Source of the DNA: Thermoplasmatota archaeon
Lineage (GTDB): Archaea > Thermoplasmatota > Thermoplasmata > Thermoplasmatales > Thermoplasmataceae
NCBI GenBank assembly: GCA_023489435.1
Contig: JAMDCA010000037.1
Location: forward strand, 23,587 to 87,586
Direction of reading: 5' to 3'
Length of the DNA stretch: 64,000 bases
Within the stretch, counting starts at the first letter, position 1. Each line of letters starts with the position of its first letter. Both the position numbers and the translations under genes were made by a program. Positions 58,662 through 64,000 of this stretch are shown here, piece after piece. The notes under the pieces were generated by a model. The model worked only from the letters and a program-made list of their open reading frames with translations, had not been told where the DNA came from and did no database searches.

Positions 58662-58856
58662 TTAGTGTTTGTTCGTGGACCATGGGAGAGCCAGTGATAG
58701 AAAGAACACAATGAATCCCACGGTTGCAAACACAACCACATCATTCTCTGATATGTTCAAGAAATGGTAGAGTAGCCCACCAATTTCTATTATGAACAGG
58801 CCAAGGAAGAATAGTGGATATCTTACGCTGCTTAGATTTCTTGCCATATTTTTCAC
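58662..58856 (-). CDS. Small two-TM membrane protein (64 aa) directly downstream of the SDH anchor gene
   Basis: Two hydrophobic helices. 1-nt gap to the upstream gene. Followed by an AT-rich tract with T runs at 58636-58661. Confidence 0.4.
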   Translation of the reverse strand: MKNMARNLSSVRYPLFFLGLFIIEIGGLLYHFLNISENDVVVFATVGFIVFFLSLALPWSTNKH

Positions 58857-58857
58857 C

Positions 58858-59589
58858 TCAGTGCAGAAGCACTATGTTCGGAAACACTCCAGCAACTGTA
58901 GCCCTTATGAATAGGTCAACCAGGAAGAACATTGTAAGGCTGAGCCAGGCAAATGTCTCATGGTGCGTATTTAGTATTGTCTGTCCATTGAATATCTTGT
59001 TTTTCGTGTTGTGCTTGCAGCTGAAACAGTCAGTGTTGCCTCCAACCAGATGCCTGATGGCATGGCAGGAGAACGTATAGAGGGTCACCAATGCCGTGTT
59101 GACAATGAGCAACAGTCCACCAAGGGTAAGCGTGAAACCTGGCTGATAAACCATTGAAAGATATAGGTCATAGTAGAAGAATGGCAGTATTGCAACTGCG
59201 AAGTACATGAAGTACCTGTGCGCATTCTCTATCCTGAACAGCCTTGTTTCTCCAGTGTATTCTCGCCCCTTGAATTCTGCCCTGAACCCGATTTCGCAGG
59301 TTCTCGGGTGATTGAACACATGCCTGTGGTAATCTTTCCTGTACGCATAGCAGGTAAACCTGAATAGCGCCACAAGGGGAACCACTGCAAGCGTTGGGGA
59401 GTAGAAAGGATCTGTTAGGCCTGTGGAACTGCTGTAATAAACAGGATATGTTGCCATGAGAAACACTCCAACGGCTATGAGGATGATAAATGACCAAAGC
59501 CTCCAGTTAGGTTCGAGGAACTCCTTTGGTATAAACCGGGTCATAGACCTGTTTGTTTTCTGCCTTGCCTGATTCTGATTGCTTATCAT
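58858..59589 (-). CDS. Succinate dehydrogenase membrane anchor, atypical single 5-TM subunit with a Cys/His-rich loop
   Basis: Abuts the sdhB stop. Five hydrophobic helices. CHAIRHLVGGNTDCFSCKH at aa 175-193 (nt 59011-59067, verified), plus CYAYRKDYHRHVFNH. Confidence 0.6.
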   Translation of the reverse strand: MISNQNQARQKTNRSMTRFIPKEFLEPNWRLWSFIILIAVGVFLMATYPVYYSSSTGLTDPFYSPTLAVVPLVALFRFTCYAYRKDYHRHVFNHPRTCEIGFRAEFKGREYTGETRLFRIENAHRYFMYFAVAILPFFYYDLYLSMVYQPGFTLTLGGLLLIVNTALVTLYTFSCHAIRHLVGGNTDCFSCKHNTKNKIFNGQTILNTHHETFAWLSLTMFFLVDLFIRATVAGVFPNIVLLH

Positions 59590-60342
59590 TTATATCACAC
59601 TCTTCTCCTTTGTTCTCTTTTTCTTGATTAGCCTTGCGATAGGGTCATACGCCATATCCACAGCCCTTTCCTTTTCCGGGATAATGGCATTGTCCGTGAT
59701 GTGGATATGTTCCGGGCATACATCCTGGCAGCACTTTGTGATGTTGCAGAAGCCAAGCCCTCCAACTTTGTTAAGGAAAGTAGACCTGTCCACTGAGTCA
59801 AGGGGATGCATGTCAAAAGACGCTGCCTTGACCATATGGGCCGGCCCAAAATACGGTGTAGAATGTTCCCTGACAACGTGGCAGACATCCTGGCACAGAA
59901 AGCACTGTATGCATTTCTTGAATTCCTGGGATCTTTCTACGTCCTCCTGTTGTATTTTCCAGGGGATTTCCAGATCCTCTTTAGGAGTGAACTTTGGGAT
60001 CTGCCTCAGTATATCCCAGTTCTCTGTTACATCTGTTACAAGGTCCCTGATCACCGGGTAAGCTCCCATAGGCGAGACTGTGATGTTATGGCCAACCTTG
60101 TCAACCCTCGTCTTGCACATCAGCCTAGGCATGCCGTTGATTTCTGCTGCGCAGGAACCACACTTGGCAGCCTTGCAATTCCACCTTATTGCAAGTGTTG
60201 TATCCATCTTTTCCTGAACATATCTTACTGCGTCAAGAACCACCATTCCATCCACGTAGGGAACTTCAAATTTCTGATAATGCCCCTTCTCATCCACGGA
60301 CGGGTCCTGTCTGTAAACATTCAAGGTAATTTTCTCTTCCAT
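59590..60342 (-). CDS. sdhB: Succinate dehydrogenase/fumarate reductase iron-sulfur subunit
   Basis: CKAAKCGSCAAEINGMPRLMC, CIQCFLCQDVC, CNITKCCQDVCP cluster motifs. Confidence 0.9.
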   Translation of the reverse strand: MEEKITLNVYRQDPSVDEKGHYQKFEVPYVDGMVVLDAVRYVQEKMDTTLAIRWNCKAAKCGSCAAEINGMPRLMCKTRVDKVGHNITVSPMGAYPVIRDLVTDVTENWDILRQIPKFTPKEDLEIPWKIQQEDVERSQEFKKCIQCFLCQDVCHVVREHSTPYFGPAHMVKAASFDMHPLDSVDRSTFLNKVGGLGFCNITKCCQDVCPEHIHITDNAIIPEKERAVDMAYDPIARLIKKKRTKEKSVI

Positions 60343-62069
60343 CAGTATTCCTCCGTTTTTACATATGGCTTGAACTCTTCCGGAAGTGCCGGCACTGGTA
60401 TGGTATCGAATTTCATTTCCCCATCCGAATCAGAGCAGGTAATGTTCTTCAGCCATTCCCTGTCTTTCTTCGGAAAATCGCGCCTGGTGTGTGCACCCCT
60501 GCTTTCTGGCCTCATGATTGCAGATCTCACTATTGCCTCTGTTGCAACGAGCATGTTACCCAGCTCAAGTGCAGCCAATAGGCCATGATTGTATTTTCTT
60601 CCACCAGGAGCAGAAACCGCAGAGTATTTCTCTTTTAGTTTTGCAATGGTATCAAGAGCCTTCTGCAGGTGTTCAGCATCCCTGACTATGCCCACGTTAT
60701 CTGACATTGTTGTAGTAAGCTCATCTATGAGATCATATGCATTTGTGCCGTCGGGTTTGAGGAAAGCAAGTACCTTTTCGATCTCACCTGTCACGTCAGA
60801 ATCCTCAACATCCACCAGTTCTACCTTCTTAACGTATTCAGATGCACCATCTCCCACTTTCTTTCCGAACACAAGGATATCACTCATTGAGTTACCGCCG
60901 AGCCTGTTTGCGCCGTGTAGTCCGCAAGCTATTTCTCCAGCGGCAAACAATCCCTCCACTGTCGAAGCCCCTGTATCAGGGTCAACTCTTACGCCGCCCA
61001 TCTGATAATGCGTAGTCGGGGCAACTTCCATCATTTCTTTTGTAATGTCAATACCTGCGAATTCCATGAATTGCATGTACATGCTTGGGAGTTTCTTCTT
61101 GACGAAATCAGCCCCCTTGTAAGAAATGTCCAGGTAAACTCCACCGTGTTCCGTGCCCCTGCCGGCCTGTATCTCTGCATAATTGGCCCTGGCAACCACA
61201 TCTCTTGCATCCAGCTCCTTCTTTTGTGGGGAATAGCGGAGCATAAACCTCTCTTTATCCTTGTTGTAAAGAATCCCACCTTCACCCCTGACACCTTCAG
61301 TGACAAGAAGCCCTTTGACTCCTGGCGGGTAAACCATTCCTGTCGGATGGAACTGGATCATTTCCATGTCCTGTAAAGCCGCTCCGACCCTGTAGGCAAT
61401 GCCTATTCCATCCCCGGTGGACTCCCACGAGTTTGAAGTAATCTTGAAAACCCTTCCGCAGCCTCCTGTTGCAAGTACAACCGCCTTGGCTCTGAAGAGA
61501 TGGAATTCCCCTTTGTCCATCTTCAATCCAACGGCGCCTATGACTCGCCCGTTCTTCTTCAGAAGATTTGTAATGTACATTTCATCGAAAATTGTTACGT
61601 TTTCCCGGTGAATGATCTGGTCCTGCAGCGTCCTTATAATTTCAAGGCCGGTCCTGTCTCCAACATGGCAAAGCCTTCTGTAGGAATGACCGCCAAAAGC
61701 CCTCTGCAGAATCCTGCCGTCAGGAGTCCGGTCAAAAAGGGCTCCAAACTTTTCCAGTTCATACACCCTCTGGGGCGCTTCCTTGGCCAGAATCTCTGCC
61801 ATCCTCCAGTTCCCGATATACACTCCTTCTTCAACAATATCGCCGAAGTGCACTTGCCAGTTATCCTTGGGGTCCACATTGCCCAGGGCAGCAGCCATGC
61901 CGCCTTCAGCCATTACAGTGTGGGCCTTGCCCAGTAATGACTTGGAAACAACTATTACCCTAAGGCCGGCATCTGAGGCAGCAAGAGCTGCCCTCATGCC
62001 AGCCCCGCCTGCACCTATTATCAGAACATCCGATTCAGTTTTTATGTATTGCTCAGCCATGAGAATCAC
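60342..62069 (-). CDS. sdhA: Succinate dehydrogenase/fumarate reductase flavoprotein subunit
   Basis: IIGAGGAGMRAAL FAD fold, AHTVMAEGG (FAD-linking His region), HPTG, RGAHTRRD. Confidence 0.92.
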   Translation of the reverse strand: MILMAEQYIKTESDVLIIGAGGAGMRAALAASDAGLRVIVVSKSLLGKAHTVMAEGGMAAALGNVDPKDNWQVHFGDIVEEGVYIGNWRMAEILAKEAPQRVYELEKFGALFDRTPDGRILQRAFGGHSYRRLCHVGDRTGLEIIRTLQDQIIHRENVTIFDEMYITNLLKKNGRVIGAVGLKMDKGEFHLFRAKAVVLATGGCGRVFKITSNSWESTGDGIGIAYRVGAALQDMEMIQFHPTGMVYPPGVKGLLVTEGVRGEGGILYNKDKERFMLRYSPQKKELDARDVVARANYAEIQAGRGTEHGGVYLDISYKGADFVKKKLPSMYMQFMEFAGIDITKEMMEVAPTTHYQMGGVRVDPDTGASTVEGLFAAGEIACGLHGANRLGGNSMSDILVFGKKVGDGASEYVKKVELVDVEDSDVTGEIEKVLAFLKPDGTNAYDLIDELTTTMSDNVGIVRDAEHLQKALDTIAKLKEKYSAVSAPGGRKYNHGLLAALELGNMLVATEAIVRSAIMRPESRGAHTRRDFPKKDREWLKNITCSDSDGEMKFDTIPVPALPEEFKPYVKTEEY

Positions 62070-62492
62070 TTAATTACAGCTAGCTTGGTTTGTTGATACC
62101 ACCGACTTTAATAAACGTTTTAATGAATATTTAGGCTAGGCTTTTTTTAATCCCCGAACTATCAACCATAAATCCAATGTAGAATTAGAAGGCATGTCAA
62201 ATCCCATCAGGCTGTTACTATTGAGTTAGCTTTTCTTTAGACAGAATTATCAAAAGATAACCCCTGATGCGTTTTACTCGCCCTTGCTGGCATGGCGGCC
62301 CTCAAGACAGCCGCCATAATATTATGTCAACTCCCCCCTTATCTCAAGAGAAACCAGTTTTTGAATGGAATTACAAATAGCCTCACTTTTCGACATACAT
62401 AAAGGGGGTTTACTTCTTTTTTCATGGATTATGCTGAAGAAGTCATATTTCGACACTATGGGCAATCCTTAAATACTTAAAATTAATAATCA

Positions 62493-62515
62493 GTTGTCAA
62501 CTAATGGTTGACAAC
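62493..62515. promoter_or_regulatory. Perfect inverted repeat GTTGTCAAC-N5-GTTGACAAC between a TATA-like box and the hsp20 start; putative operator
   Basis: gttgtcaac 62493-62501, taatg spacer, gttgacaac 62507-62515. TATA-like cttaaatac at ~62468-62476. aggagg follows directly at 62516-62521. ATG at 62530. Confidence 0.6.
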
Positions 62516-62529
62516 AGGAGGATGCAAAC

Positions 62530-63081
62530 ATGCCATACAAGAGAAGAAGAGACGATGACTGGAAAGACGAATTTGAGGAGTTTTTCCAAAACTTCGGTTT
62601 TGATTTCGACAGGTTCAACGAGCGAATGATGAAAATGTGGGACAGTATGCTTAAAGATTCAGGCGTGCAGACTTTCGGCCCATATGTTTACGGGTTTTCC
62701 TACAAGATAGGACCCGACGGGAAGCCGGTTTTTGAAGAGTTCGGCAACGTTCCGCAGGACAGGGCATTCGGAAAGGAGCCCAAGCTTCTGGACAAAGATG
62801 TCAGGGAGCCTATCACTGACCTCACCGAAGACAAAGACAAAGTATTCGTAACATACGAGTTGCCCGGCATATCCAAGGAGAATATCCAGTTGAATGTGTC
62901 GGAATACAACGTAACCATGGAGGTCAAGGAAGGGCCGAGGAAATACTTCAAAAGTGTTGACTTCAATTACGAGCTTAAACCTGACTCGGCAAGCGCGAGG
63001 TTCATCAATGGCATACTTGATGTGTCAGTAGAGAGAGCCAAGAAAGAGACCCCTGGTGGAAGAAAGATTTCCATAGACTGA
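62530..63081 (+). CDS. hsp20: Small heat-shock protein (Hsp20/alpha-crystallin family)
   Basis: Alpha-crystallin domain REPITDLTEDKDKVFVTYELPGISKENIQLNV...ARFINGILDVSVER. Confidence 0.85.
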   Translation: MPYKRRRDDDWKDEFEEFFQNFGFDFDRFNERMMKMWDSMLKDSGVQTFGPYVYGFSYKIGPDGKPVFEEFGNVPQDRAFGKEPKLLDKDVREPITDLTEDKDKVFVTYELPGISKENIQLNVSEYNVTMEVKEGPRKYFKSVDFNYELKPDSASARFINGILDVSVERAKKETPGGRKISID

Positions 63082-63090
63082 GGGCAAACT

Positions 63091-63690
63091 ATGATTGACG
63101 AGGAAATCCTTTCACTTATTTCGGCAATGGAAAACAATACGAGGAGAGAGATACTGAGGGGACTTATCCTCGACCAATCATACGCCTTCCAGATCAGCCG
63201 GTGGATTGGCGTTTCTCAGCAGGCTATTAACAAACAGCTTGACCTGCTTGAAAAGGCCAACCTTATCCTTTCAACAGGAATGATTCCCAGCAGTTCGGGT
63301 GCACCCAGGAAGATATACAAACCTACTGGATTCTCCACACTTATTGCAGACTATTCACGCAATTTTATTGAAATTAAACGATATGAAATTCCTGAAAAGG
63401 AACAGGAAAATGCCACTGATCTTACGAAACTTCCCCGGGAGCTTCTGGATAGCCTGAATAAAGCCGAAGAAGAACTTAATGAGTTGATGGAAAGGCGTAC
63501 AGAACTGGTTCAGGAAAAGGACAGCCTGCTTGGAAAGCTGCATATCTACATCAACAGAATTTCTCCAGACGAAATGACCAGGAACATTCTACTTGACTTC
63601 TGTGATTACCTGGATCCAAAGTACGTCTCCAGAAAGTACAACATACCAATAAGCTATGTTATGCAGGTAGTTGAAACCTACCTGAAATAA
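63091..63690 (+). CDS. ArsR-like wHTH transcription regulator with central coiled coil
   Basis: NTRREILRGLILDQSYAFQISRWIGVSQQAINKQLDLLEKANLI. Coiled coil LNKAEEELNELMERRTELVQEKDSLLGKL. 9 nt after hsp20. Confidence 0.65.
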   Translation: MIDEEILSLISAMENNTRREILRGLILDQSYAFQISRWIGVSQQAINKQLDLLEKANLILSTGMIPSSSGAPRKIYKPTGFSTLIADYSRNFIEIKRYEIPEKEQENATDLTKLPRELLDSLNKAEEELNELMERRTELVQEKDSLLGKLHIYINRISPDEMTRNILLDFCDYLDPKYVSRKYNIPISYVMQVVETYLK

Positions 63691-64000
63691 CTGCATTTTT
63701 TTGTGAATTTTTCCGCAAATTCCTCTTCGCTGTGGTTAAGTTTTGCCGGTATGACTATTGTTGATGGAAATTCTGCAAAACGCGCACTTATTATGTTTGA
63801 TACCGTGTCGAAAATCAGCCTTTCGCCGTCCTGGGAAACACGTGACAGGGAAAACACCATGTTTTCTCCGTTTATGACCCCAAGCTTATAGTGGTCTTCC
63901 ATCAGAAGGATTGTTTCAAGTGCTTCTTGGGGAAACATGGTCCTTCCCTCTCTCAGGTCCAGCAGGAGAATGGTATGCTGGTTCTGCGACATGTTTGCCC
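63678..64000 (-). CDS. dphB: Diphthine synthase, C-terminal part only (gene continues past the right window edge)
   Basis: QHTILLLDL...MFPQEALETIL...VFSLSRVSQDGERLIF...FPSTIVIPAKLNHSEEE resembles the C-terminal half of Dph5/DphB. The frame stays open upstream of the track's ATG up to nt 64000. Confidence 0.6.
   Translation of the reverse strand, partial: ANMSQNQHTILLLDLREGRTMFPQEALETILLMEDHYKLGVINGENMVFSLSRVSQDGERLIFDTVSNIISARFAEFPSTIVIPAKLNHSEEEFAEKFTKKCSYFR

Noticed and set aside
59806-60588. 260-aa plus-strand ORF, and other plus-strand ORFs across 59579-62073
   Set aside because: They are antisense to sdhC/sdhB/sdhA, whose Fe-S and FAD motifs are unambiguous. The translations lack motifs.
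7617-62529. TPP or fluoride riboswitches and C/D-box sRNAs in intergenic regions
   Set aside because: Visual scans found no CTGAGA...ACCTGATCTGGATAATGCCAGCG-like TPP core and no convincing paired C (RUGAUGA) and D (CUGA) boxes. A covariance-model scan would be needed to exclude them.
1-64000. CRISPR arrays, rRNA genes, IS elements/transposases, integrases, inteins
   Set aside because: I saw no regularly spaced short repeats, no rRNA-like sequence, and no transposase or integrase motifs in any listed ORF. Intein-prone proteins here (Hel308, synthetases, ATPases) have normal lengths and uninterrupted motifs.

Overview
Densely coding archaeal chromosome segment. It looks like an aerobic, Thermoplasmatales-like euryarchaeote, judged from archaea-specific genes (AglB, TiaS, ApgM, EF-1beta, Hel308, diphthine synthase, a full archaellum operon) alongside Rieske/cytochrome b and succinate dehydrogenase operons. 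I support about 64 CDS, one pseudogene and one tRNA-Val(UAC), with no rRNA, CRISPR array or intact transposase/integrase. Three CDS are missing from or cut short in the ORF track: a surface protein at 1-711, a Zn-ribbon gene at 23248-23415, and a diphthine synthase fragment at the right edge. Main blocks: (i) 1-7037, a 2109-aa AglB oligosaccharyltransferase fused to a very long sequon-rich stalk, translationally coupled to a further surface glycoprotein. (ii) 11.7-22.9 kb, the archaellum operon arlB-C-D/E-F-G-H-I-J, followed by a 1230-aa TPR protein and an abutting M50 site-2 protease. (iii) 23-45 kb, housekeeping genes mixed with many glycan and lipid-carrier genes. (iv) 45.9-49.6 kb, a Rieske/cytochrome b operon with two unexpected extra genes. 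(v) 50.3-53.5 kb, the only clearly accessory region: tRNA-Val followed by two further same-orientation copies of its 3' end. These delimit two small integrase-less islets (flavin reductase plus ArsR; HicAB toxin-antitoxin) that abut a frameshifted histidine-phosphatase pseudogene. (vi) 58.4-62.1 kb, sdhA-sdhB with an atypical single Cys/His-rich membrane anchor. (vii) an hsp20-wHTH operon behind a perfect palindromic operator. All functional calls rest on motifs read by eye in the translations. No database search was run.
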